Source: Tubiluchus corallicola (lineage: Eukaryota > Animalia > Priapulida). Taken from it: a DNA stretch of 64,000 bases. The stretch is taken from contig JAQGDQ010000858.1 of NCBI GenBank assembly GCA_030141605.1, positions 23,151 through 87,150 of the forward strand. Direction: 5' to 3'. The notes beneath the pieces are model-generated. The model saw only the letters and a program-made list of their open reading frames with translations. It was not told the origin of the DNA and did no database searches. The translations under genes were made by a program, and so were the position numbers. Shown piece by piece: positions 20,407 through 29,240 of this stretch. Every line of letters starts with the position of its first letter. Position 1 is the first letter of the stretch.

Positions 20407-23040
20407 ATGTCAAACGAAGAAAACGCTATACCATTATTCCCAAAAGGACAGAAGGATAAACAATCCGGTGAGTTGCACCACGTAACCTATCTGTCAGACA
20501 TGTATCAAAGCTGGTTTCTTGACTACGCATCATATGTTATTCTCGAACGTGCAGTTCCGTATATAAACGATGGGCTAAAGCCTGTACAACGCCGTATACT
20601 TCACGCTATGCGTCAAATGGACGACGGGCGCTATACCAAAGTTGCTAATATTATAGGGCAAACCATGATGTATCACCCTCACGGTGATGCATCTATAGGC
20701 GAGGCTCTGGTACAACTGGGACAAAAGGAGCTACTTATTGACACACAAGGTAACTGGGGAAGCATGCTCACAGGCGACAGCGCTGCTGCACCACGATACA
20801 TAGAAGCACGGCTATCAAAATTCGCACTTGAAGTTATCTTTAACCCAAAAACAACTAACTGGCAACTATCATATGATGGGAGAAATAACGAGCCTGTCAC
20901 CCTACCTGTAAAGTTTCCACTGCTCCTAGCACAAGGAGTAGAGGGAATTGCTGTAGGGCTGGCATCCAAAATACTACCCCACAACTTTAATGAGCTGATC
21001 AGTGCTAGCATAGCACACCTCCGAAACAAAAAATTTGAGCTATACCCCGACTTCCCAACCGGAGGATTTATGGATGCATCAAAATATAACGACGGGGAGA
21101 GAGGAGGAGTAGTAAAGATAAGGGCAAAAATTGAGAAGCACGACAACAAAACACTTATCATCTCTGAACTACCATATGGAAAAACAACTTCATCTTTGAT
21201 CGACTCAATCATAAAAGCAAATGATAAAGGAAAAATAAAAATCAAACGCGTTGATGACAATACCGCAGAAAATGTGGAAATACTCATACATCTTGGCGTG
21301 GGTATAAGCCTGGATAAAACAATCGATGCTCTCTATGCATTTACCGACTGTGAAATATCTATATCGCCAAACTGTTGTATTATAGAGAACGATAAGCCCC
21401 GGTTTTTGGGAGTGAGCGAAGCACTAAAAAAAACTACCGAGTACACCATACTACTTCTTGAAAAAGAGTTACAAATAAAAAAAGCCGAACTGGACGAAAA
21501 GTGGCATTTTGCCTCGCTGGAAAAAATATTTATAGAAGAACGCATCTATAAAGACAAGCAGTTTGAAGAGGCAAAAAATATGAATGATGCAATCAGCTAT
21601 ATTGGTAAAAAGCTAGACCCCTGGAGGGAGAAAATGAAGCGGGATATTACACGTGAAGATATCCTGAAACTGATGGAAATACGAATGTCCAGGATACTAA
21701 AATTTAATGCAGATAAAGCCAATGAAGCTATAGCCAGTATTGAAAACACTATAGCAGAAGTTATAAACAATATAGAAAATATTATACCATACACTATTGA
21801 CTGGTATAAGCACCTCAAAAGCAAGTTTGGTAAAGGGCGTAAGCGCAAAACAGAAATTCGTAGCTTTGAAAATATTGAAGCTACAAAAGTGATTGTAGCA
21901 AACCAAAAGCTCTATATCGACCGCGAGGATGGATTTGCTGGCACCACCCTTAAAAAAGCGGAATATGTGTGCGACTGCTCAGACATTGATGATATAATAG
22001 CTTTTAGGAAAGACGGCTCATACGTTGTAAAGAAAGTTTCCGAAAAGCTGTTTATAGGTAAAAATATACTCTACTTGGCAATATTTAAAAAGAACGACCG
22101 GCGTACGGTATATAACCTCGTATACAGGGATGGAAAAATGGGGAATGTCTATATGAAGAGGTTTTCTGTCACTGGAATAACACGCGACAAAGAATACAAC
22201 ATGACACAGTCCAAGCCAGGGACGCGTATACTCTACTTTAGCGCCAACCCTAACGGAGAGGCAGAATTGCTGAAAGTTAACTTAAGGTCGAAGCCCAAGC
22301 TCAAGAAACTTGTTATTGAAATAAATATGGCGGACCTGGCAATTAAGGGACGGCAGTCAGTAGGTAATCTTGTAACAAAACATAGTGTAAACAAAGTAAC
22401 GCTGAAAGAAAAAGGTGTCTCAACGCTGGGTGGGCGCAAAATATGGTTTGATGAAGATGTGCTGCGCCTTAATGCAGATGGGCGCGGAAAATTCCTGGGA
22501 GAGTTTTCAGGAAAAGATAAAATACTTGTCATGTACAAAGAAGGCTTCTTTAAATTGTACTCGTATGAACTATCCAACCATTTCGAGAATGACATACTTA
22601 CAATAGAAAAGTTTAATCCCAATAAAATAGCCTCAGTAGTATATTGGGACAGTAATGTCAATTGCTATTATGTGAAAAGGTTCCAAGTAGATATTTCTAC
22701 AAACAAACCGTGTTGTTTCATTGGAGAAAATGAAAAAAATAAGCTGGTAAACATTACATGGGGCATCTACCCCCGATTGGAGATTGAATTTGATGATGGA
22801 CATAAAAATGAAATTATCGAGGTTGCAGAATTTATTGCAATTAAATCGTATAAAGCCAAAGGCAAACGCCTTTCAAACCATTTTATTAAAAACATACATG
22901 AACTAGAACCAACAATAAAAGACGAAGCAGACAAAGCCGAGCAGGTACACTTAGAGGGAAACAACCCACCCCCCGAAGATGCTAGCTCCGGTAAAGGTAA
23001 CACATCTGTACAGCAGGAACTAGACTTTAGTGACCTATGA
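20407..23040 (+). CDS. parC: DNA topoisomerase IV subunit A (Bacteroidota type)
   Basis: ERAVP...DGLKPVQRRIL, YHPHGDASI, AAAPRYIEARL (catalytic Tyr), GIAVG, PDFPTGG; no GyrA box seen. Confidence 0.92.
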   Translation: MSNEENAIPLFPKGQKDKQSGELHHVTYLSDMYQSWFLDYASYVILERAVPYINDGLKPVQRRILHAMRQMDDGRYTKVANIIGQTMMYHPHGDASIGEALVQLGQKELLIDTQGNWGSMLTGDSAAAPRYIEARLSKFALEVIFNPKTTNWQLSYDGRNNEPVTLPVKFPLLLAQGVEGIAVGLASKILPHNFNELISASIAHLRNKKFELYPDFPTGGFMDASKYNDGERGGVVKIRAKIEKHDNKTLIISELPYGKTTSSLIDSIIKANDKGKIKIKRVDDNTAENVEILIHLGVGISLDKTIDALYAFTDCEISISPNCCIIENDKPRFLGVSEALKKTTEYTILLLEKELQIKKAELDEKWHFASLEKIFIEERIYKDKQFEEAKNMNDAISYIGKKLDPWREKMKRDITREDILKLMEIRMSRILKFNADKANEAIASIENTIAEVINNIENIIPYTIDWYKHLKSKFGKGRKRKTEIRSFENIEATKVIVANQKLYIDREDGFAGTTLKKAEYVCDCSDIDDIIAFRKDGSYVVKKVSEKLFIGKNILYLAIFKKNDRRTVYNLVYRDGKMGNVYMKRFSVTGITRDKEYNMTQSKPGTRILYFSANPNGEAELLKVNLRSKPKLKKLVIEINMADLAIKGRQSVGNLVTKHSVNKVTLKEKGVSTLGGRKIWFDEDVLRLNADGRGKFLGEFSGKDKILVMYKEGFFKLYSYELSNHFENDILTIEKFNPNKIASVVYWDSNVNCYYVKRFQVDISTNKPCCFIGENEKNKLVNITWGIYPRLEIEFDDGHKNEIIEVAEFIAIKSYKAKGKRLSNHFIKNIHELEPTIKDEADKAEQVHLEGNNPPPEDASSGKGNTSVQQELDFSDL

Positions 23041-23555
23041 GAATATACCTGATAGGATATATGGGGTGTGGAAAAACATTCATAGGAGCAAGCATTGCCC
23101 GACTGCTTAACTTTGAATTTGTAGACCTGGATGAATATATCGAAAAGCGTCAGCTATGCACTATCTCAAAAATATTTGAGGAGGCAGGAGAGAAGAAATT
23201 CCGGGAAATTGAGAATAAAGCACTACAAAAAATGACTAAGCTTGAAAATGTAGTGGTTGCAACAGGAGGAGGAACCCCCTGCTTCTATGATAATATGGAC
23301 ATAATGAATGGCTCCGGACTCACCATCTACATTGCTGTTAACGCCTATATCCTTGCAAACAGACTGGCGAATTCAGAAATAGAACGCCCTCTCATAAAAG
23401 GGAAATCACACAAAAACCTTATAAAATTTATTGAAAAAACCATTAAAACGAGGGAGCCTTTTTATGACCGTGCTAAAATTAAAATATCCGGAAGTGACAA
23501 CCTAACTGCTGAAGAGGTTATAGACAAAATAAACGAACATGCCTCCGGGCTATAA
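23037..23555 (+). CDS. aroK: Shikimate kinase (intact copy)
   Basis: GYMGCGKT P-loop, DLD, GE..FR..E, ATGGG, RPL, R...Y; ATGA overlap with parC. Confidence 0.95.
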   Translation: MRIYLIGYMGCGKTFIGASIARLLNFEFVDLDEYIEKRQLCTISKIFEEAGEKKFREIENKALQKMTKLENVVVATGGGTPCFYDNMDIMNGSGLTIYIAVNAYILANRLANSEIERPLIKGKSHKNLIKFIEKTIKTREPFYDRAKIKISGSDNLTAEEVIDKINEHASGL

Positions 23556-23742
23556 AAAATTACAAAAAGCAAGGGTGCCGCACTCAATCTAATTTGCATC
23601 CCTGGCAGCATTTATAACCAGGTAAGCTCAGCCCTCAAAAGCTTTCGCCTATTGGCTCTTGCAAAGTAAAAGATGAGCTTCACAAAAACCTCAACTCCCT
23701 CCTTCATGGAGATCAAAACGAATCTTGCCAGACACACTCTTT
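23152..23742. repeat. 591-bp direct repeat, left copy (long target-site duplication of the IS)
   Basis: Identical, as read base by base, to 25390-25980 (offset 2238); ends exactly at the IS left TIR. Confidence 0.95.
23667..23692 (+). repeat. Right-end fragment of the hairpin element (also duplicated at 25905-25930)
   Basis: AAAAGATGAGCTTCACAAAAACCTC resembles the family end AAAAGATGAGTTTTGCAAAGGTCTC. Confidence 0.55.
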
Positions 23743-25389
23743 CCTGTTTTGTGCATTGCAGCACCCAAGTTTATAATTTCATATTTAACAACTTTTTTTG
23801 CATTTCAGTTGGCTGTAATATTTTTGTTCTGACTTGTTTCGATTTGGGCAGAGTGTATTGCAGCTGCCTGATCTGCCGGATTTGTTCCAAGGCTTTTTCA
23901 GCAGAGATATCAATATTATTTGCCTTCAATAACCTTTCCAGCTCTTTGTAAATGGCATAGGCTGTGAAACAAATACAGATATGGGCTTCAATGCGTTCTT
24001 TTAAGCGGTGATAAACTGGCCGTATTCGTAAATCAGTTTTTGATATACGAAAAGCTTTTTCCACTTGCCACAACTGACTATAATTCCCGATAACATCTTT
24101 TCTCGGTAAATGGGTATTGGTTACATAACCCTTCAACCCATCCCAAACTCTATCTGACTGGAACTTATCGTAGTCGATTTTAACGGCAATCTCCCCCGAC
24201 AGATTCAGATATTTATTATACCCGCGATTATTTATGTGATTCTTTGTTAGCTTGCCGGAAGCAACACGTTTTTCAAGTCTTTTTAAGCCCTTCTCTCTGT
24301 TTTTTTATCGTTGAAGGCTCTTTTTTCTGAGAAGCTGATAATCAACCTTCCATTCTTGTTTTTCAACTCAACTGGCTTGTTTTCTTTAATATCAAGAGCT
24401 ATAATTTTTTCTTTTATTTTTTGACTTTCATTCTTTATCCGTCCTCCAAGTATGTACTCGTATTTGTTTTCAATCAAGGCATTTATGTTCTTCTGCGAGA
24501 GTAAAGCTGCATCGGCAACTACAATAGGCCTTTCGATATTAAATTTATTTTGAAAGGCTTCCAGAACAGGGATTAGTGTTTTTGTTTCAGAGGTGTTTCC
24601 CTCGAATATTTGATAGCCAATCGGGTATCCATATTTACCCACCAGTAAACCTATCATTATTTGCGGTTGTTGATGCTTGCCATCTTTGTTGAATCCGGGA
24701 ATACGGTAGTCATCTTCTTCTGATGCCTCAAAATACAATGTGGTCATATCATAAAATGCGACACTTATCTTTCCTTTTAGTAGCTTCCTGGTGTGCTTAA
24801 AGGTAAGTTGTTCAATTTGTGGCTTTAAACTTGTATTTAGCTCGTCAAGGAAACGATAAATAGTGTGTACGCTAACATCTGTATTCAGGTGCTGTCTAAA
24901 ATAGTCAACGGTTTTTAATTTGCTTCCCGGGTACACTAACCGACATAATACCAGGTTGCGAAAATAATTGCAGCACCCATCATCCGGAAAGTTAAAGACT
25001 TGATAAATTTTGCCTAAAATTAATTCACTTCCTACAACTTGTAAATGATTGTTTGCAATGCTGTCCACAAAGTTTTCAACCACCAAATCATCGTGTTCAA
25101 CAAAAAGCGATTGCATGCCCCTAAGCCGCTCTATCTCTGTGTTGGCAAGCAATAAAAGCAATTCTTCTTCCCGCTTTGTTTTTGCGCAACCTACGGTTTT
25201 TACAACCTTATATTTACCATGATTTTTTGAGATTATCTGTACACTCACAGAACCACTCCCGATTCTTATTTTTTCGGACAAACATGCATAAAATTAAGCA
25301 TGCAGCACCCAAAATGCAAATTTGAAATTCCTATCTTGCTGATAATCAATAGTGCATTCTTGGGGCGTCGTTGTGGTGCACAAAACAGG
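23743..25389 (-). mobile_element. IS1634-family insertion sequence, 1647 bp
   Basis: 13-bp perfect TIRs CCTGTTTTGTGCA / TGCACAAAACAGG; DDE transposase inside; flanked by the 591-bp direct repeat. Confidence 0.92.
23771..25285 (-). pseudogene. IS1634-family DDE transposase split by two frameshifts
   Basis: ATG 25285 gives MFVRKNKNR; one extra G (CCC at 25258-25260 on +) precedes SGSVSVQII...FYDMTTLYFE...G.NKDGK...QI..GL...FEGN..E...VVADAAL; an A7 run (T 24300-24306 on +) needs one more A to read DKKNREKGLKRL...WDGLKGYVTN...Y.QLWQVEKAFRISKTDL.IRPVYH...RIEAHICICF. Confidence 0.9.
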
Positions 25390-25793
25390 AGCTATGCACT
25401 ATCTCAAAAATATTTGAGGAGGCAGGAGAGAAGAAATTCCGGGAAATTGAGAATAAAGCACTACAAAAAATGACTAAGCTTGAAAATGTAGTGGTTGCAA
25501 CAGGAGGAGGAACCCCCTGCTTCTATGATAATATGGACATAATGAATGGCTCCGGACTCACCATCTACATTGCTGTTAACGCCTATATCCTTGCAAACAG
25601 ACTGGCGAATTCAGAAATAGAACGCCCTCTCATAAAAGGGAAATCACACAAAAACCTTATAAAATTTATTGAAAAAACCATTAAAACGAGGGAGCCTTTT
25701 TATGACCGTGCTAAAATTAAAATATCCGGAAGTGACAACCTAACTGCTGAAGAGGTTATAGACAAAATAAACGAACATGCCTCCGGGCTATAA
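25390..25793 (+). pseudogene. aroK: 5'-truncated duplicate of aroK created by the duplication
   Basis: Identical to aroK from about codon 39; lacks the P-loop and DLD motif; only a TTG inside the IS end (25371) could start it. Confidence 0.85.
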
Positions 25794-25980
25794 AAAATTA
25801 CAAAAAGCAAGGGTGCCGCACTCAATCTAATTTGCATCCCTGGCAGCATTTATAACCAGGTAAGCTCAGCCCTCAAAAGCTTTCGCCTATTGGCTCTTGC
25901 AAAGTAAAAGATGAGCTTCACAAAAACCTCAACTCCCTCCTTCATGGAGATCAAAACGAATCTTGCCAGACACACTCTTT
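25390..25980. repeat. 591-bp direct repeat, right copy
   Basis: Starts at the base after the right TIR; identical to 23152-23742. Confidence 0.95.
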
Positions 25981-26077
25981 GAAACAGTATCAATTATATT
26001 TTGTGAAACACAAACACAACAATCTTAATAAATAAAATTCGGTCTTTAGAGCTTTTTTTGAAAGAAGATTAAAAATC

Positions 26078-27538
26078 TTATAATCTAGACCTATGTGCTT
26101 CAAAAAAGAATACTACTCCCAAAAACACAATCAAAAAAGAGGACTTAACAGCATAATGAAGAATAGTACATGGCAAGCTGATACTACTTCCGGCAAAGAA
26201 TAGCACCATAGCAATTAATATGTATGCAGCTAACCTTTTGATATCATAACTAATGGGGAAATGCTTTTTGCCCTGATAATAGGACATAGCAGACATTAAA
26301 ATAGGTGTAATACAAAACGCAACTACAGATGCCATATACCCTAAAACAGGAATAAAAACAACATTTACACCTACTGTGATAAAAGCCCCTATAACTGAAA
26401 ACTTCGCCCCATACCTGGTTTTATCTGTAAGTTTGTACCAGACGGACAACGTATAATAAATTCCCATAAAAAAATTGCCCATCAATATCCATGGTAAGAT
26501 ATGTAGCCCGCCATGGTACTCCCTACCAATAAATACTTTGATAATATCAATATAAAGAGTCACCACAAGGAAGATCACCAGACCTAATATAACAAAATAC
26601 TTCATTATATCGACATACATCTTTTTGGACTCTTCCCCCCTATGTTGAGAAAAGAAGAATGGCTCAAAAGAGTAACGGAAAGCCTGAATAAAAAGGCTCA
26701 TTAGCACGCCAAGTTTAAAATTTGCCGAATAAACACCTAGGTCTCCCATAGGATTAGTAGTATCACGAAGCAGCTTTGGGAGCAGTATCTTCTCTATATT
26801 TTGATTCACCATTCCGGCAATACCCACAACCAGGAGGGGCCAGCTGTAGTTAAGCATCTTTAGTAATACTTCCCAGCTAAAAGAGAAACTCCTGACTATC
26901 AGATCAGGAATAAAAAGCACCAGTATAACTGCTGAAGCTATCAAATTTGAAATAAAGACATACCCTATTCCAATCTCCTCTCTATAAATAAAATTGATAA
27001 ATGAATAATCACCTGCAGCAGCTATCTTAGGGCAGAAATAAATAAAAAAGAGATTTAAAAACACTACCAGCCCTATACCTACAAACTTATAAATAGAAAA
27101 CCTTACAGCTCTCCCCTGCAACCTCAACCTTGCATAAGGAATAGATGTAAAAGCATCAAGCGCAACAGTTATCCCCATCAACACAATATACTCAGGATGA
27201 TTACCATACCCCATCCATGAGGATATATTCCCGGCAAAAGCACAAACAACTACTATAAAAGACAGAGAAGTTACAAAAAGAGACATTAAAGTTGTCGGGT
27301 AAACGCTACCCTTCCCACCACCTTTTGCGGCATAGCGGAAATAAGAGGTCTCCATGCCATAAGTGAGTAAAACAATAAAAAACGCAACATAGGCGTAAAC
27401 ATTACTGACTATACCATACTCCTCTGTGGCAAACTGACGGGTATATAATGGCACAAGCCACCAATTAAGAAACCTGCCTACAATACTTGGAACACCGTAT
27501 ATAGCAGTCTCCCCGGCCAATTTCTTTAATCCTTTCAA
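26078..27538 (-). CDS. Polysaccharide flippase / MOP-superfamily membrane protein (Wzx-like)
   Basis: LAGETAIYG, LTYGMET..FR, Y.ANFKL...F.QAFR...EPFFF, SVWYKLTDKT; about 14 hydrophobic segments; TTG start. Confidence 0.85.
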   Translation of the reverse strand: MKGLKKLAGETAIYGVPSIVGRFLNWWLVPLYTRQFATEEYGIVSNVYAYVAFFIVLLTYGMETSYFRYAAKGGGKGSVYPTTLMSLFVTSLSFIVVVCAFAGNISSWMGYGNHPEYIVLMGITVALDAFTSIPYARLRLQGRAVRFSIYKFVGIGLVVFLNLFFIYFCPKIAAAGDYSFINFIYREEIGIGYVFISNLIASAVILVLFIPDLIVRSFSFSWEVLLKMLNYSWPLLVVGIAGMVNQNIEKILLPKLLRDTTNPMGDLGVYSANFKLGVLMSLFIQAFRYSFEPFFFSQHRGEESKKMYVDIMKYFVILGLVIFLVVTLYIDIIKVFIGREYHGGLHILPWILMGNFFMGIYYTLSVWYKLTDKTRYGAKFSVIGAFITVGVNVVFIPVLGYMASVVAFCITPILMSAMSYYQGKKHFPISYDIKRLAAYILIAMVLFFAGSSISLPCTILHYAVKSSFLIVFLGVVFFFEAHRSRL

Positions 27539-27566
27539 AATCTGATTCCTTTTACATTACACTTTA

Positions 27567-27574
27567 CAAATATA
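27567..27574 (-). promoter_or_regulatory. -7 promoter element (TATATTTG) for the flippase
   Basis: TAnnTTTG match 29 nt upstream of the start; divergent partner TATCTTTG at 27647-27654 (+). Confidence 0.55.
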
Positions 27575-27658
27575 GCGCAAAGTTTAATCGACAAACGCGA
27601 TTTACCAGATAACTGGGCATAAAAAAACAAATAGCATAAAGTTTTATATCTTTGAAAT

Positions 27659-28744
27659 ATGAGAGGTGTTATATTATTTTTACACATAATTCTACTTATT
27701 GCCGTTTTATTGCACGGCAGCTGCGCCACACAATCAAAGCGACCAAGAAAGCCTGTAACTGCTATAAAAGTAAAACCTTCTGGTCAAAAACCTATTGTAG
27801 GTGTAGAACTGAATTTATCTACAAAAACGAAACTAAGAGGCGGTACGCTTAAAGAGGTTGAAGTATTTGTAAATGGGGAAAGCGTATTAAAATCAAAAGA
27901 ACTGGAGAACTCAGTAAAGATAGAGACAGAGTCTTACAAGCCGGGGATTCTTTCTATCAAGGTGGTTGCAGAAAGCAGCGATGGAATAAAAGGGGAAAAC
28001 TACAAAAGTGTTGAACTACTTTCCAATTTAACCCCTATAAAGTACAACTTTGAGGTTGTCAACTCTTTTCAGCACAATACCGACTTCTTCACACAAGGGC
28101 TAGTAGTCCACAATGGAATACTCTATGAAGGAACAGGAAGCGGTAATGAGCAGAAAATATCAGGTATTTATAAAGTAGAACTGGAAACAGGAAAAACTTT
28201 AAAGAAGTTGGAGCTTGACAAAAAGTACTGGGGGGAAGGCATTGACATCCTTAATGGGAAAATATATCAGCTTACATACAAATCTCAAAAAGGCTTTGTA
28301 TACGACCTGAAAACATTTGAAAAACTTGACTCATGGAGCTATAAAACAAAAGAGGGATGGGGATTGACAAACGATGGTAAAAACCTGATTATGAGTGATG
28401 GAAGTGAAATATTGCGATTTGTAGATCCCGAGTCACTCAGGGAGCTATATACAATTTCGGTATACAACCATAAAGGCCCTGTAAAATACATTAATGAGCT
28501 TGAATACATAAAAGGGGAAATATGGGCCAATGTATGGACTACAAATATGATTATCAGGATTGCCCCTGAAAGTGGAAAGGTTCTTGGGGAAATTGACCTC
28601 AGTAGTTTAGGGGTAATGTTTCAGGGAGGAGAAAAACATATTGATGTACTGAATGGCATTGCCTGGGACAAGGAAAAGGACAGGATTTTTGTAACCGGTA
28701 AGCTTTGGCCAAGAATGTTCGAAATAAAAGTGAGCGCAAACTGA
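27659..28744 (+). CDS. Glutaminyl-peptide cyclotransferase (type II, beta-propeller), probable lipoprotein with N-terminal Ig-like region
   Basis: H...FTQGL, LYEGTG, WGEG, QLTYK, EGWGLT.DG, SDGS, NELEY, VLNGIA, TGK.WP; lipobox-like HGSC. Confidence 0.9.
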   Translation: MRGVILFLHIILLIAVLLHGSCATQSKRPRKPVTAIKVKPSGQKPIVGVELNLSTKTKLRGGTLKEVEVFVNGESVLKSKELENSVKIETESYKPGILSIKVVAESSDGIKGENYKSVELLSNLTPIKYNFEVVNSFQHNTDFFTQGLVVHNGILYEGTGSGNEQKISGIYKVELETGKTLKKLELDKKYWGEGIDILNGKIYQLTYKSQKGFVYDLKTFEKLDSWSYKTKEGWGLTNDGKNLIMSDGSEILRFVDPESLRELYTISVYNHKGPVKYINELEYIKGEIWANVWTTNMIIRIAPESGKVLGEIDLSSLGVMFQGGEKHIDVLNGIAWDKEKDRIFVTGKLWPRMFEIKVSAN

Positions 28745-28879
28745 CTACATTAACAAACACAGGCTGGCAGGAAAGTCCATTACAAATCACTAATACTTTG
28801 ACACTATCCATAGCCTTATAAGTCGAATACATGAAACATTACGAGTTGAGCATTAATAAAATTATACACTAACATACCA

Positions 28880-29018
28880 AAACCTTTGCAAGAAAAAAGA
28901 TCTTTGTTCATCTTGAGGAAAAAATGATAGCAAGCCGTGATTTACTCAATGCAAATGAGGGCTTTAAAGAGGATTCTAACAAAAATGTTAATAACAAGAT
29001 AAGTTTTACAAAGCCCTC
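28880..29018 (+). repeat. Dispersed long-hairpin element, full-length diverged copy
   Basis: AAACCTTTGCAAG ... AAGCCGTGATTTACTCAATGCAAATGAGGGCTT ... AAGATAAGTTTTACAAAGCCCTC. Confidence 0.8.
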
Positions 29019-29054
29019 TCCTCCTGTTTAGCACAATACAAACCCCAATTTCAT

Positions 29055-29062
29055 TATATTTG
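29055..29062 (+). promoter_or_regulatory. -7 promoter element (TATATTTG) for purL, lying between two hairpin elements
   Basis: TAnnTTTG match; the only one I found in the QC-purL gap. Confidence 0.6.
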
Positions 29063-29069
29063 CAGAATC

Positions 29070-29206
29070 AAGACCTTTGCAGGGTGAAAGATTTTAGCTC
29101 AGGTTGAAAAAATTCGATAAAAAGCTGCAGTTTACTAATGTAAATGAGGATTTAAAGAGAATTTTGACGAGAATATTAATAACAATGTAAGCTTTGCAAA
29201 GGTCTT
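29070..29206 (+). repeat. Dispersed long-hairpin element, best-preserved copy
   Basis: 12-bp perfect terminal IR AAGACCTTTGCA/TGCAAAGGTCTT; inner stems AAAATTC/GAATTTT and TTTAC-TAAT-GTAAA flanked by GCAG/TGAG. Confidence 0.88.
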
Positions 29207-29240
29207 TAATCGTTGTTTCATTTTATGCTATCCTTATATA

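Noticed and set aside
25371-25793. Second shikimate kinase as a true paralog
   Set aside because: Nucleotide-identical fragment inside the IS-flanking duplication; lacks the P-loop
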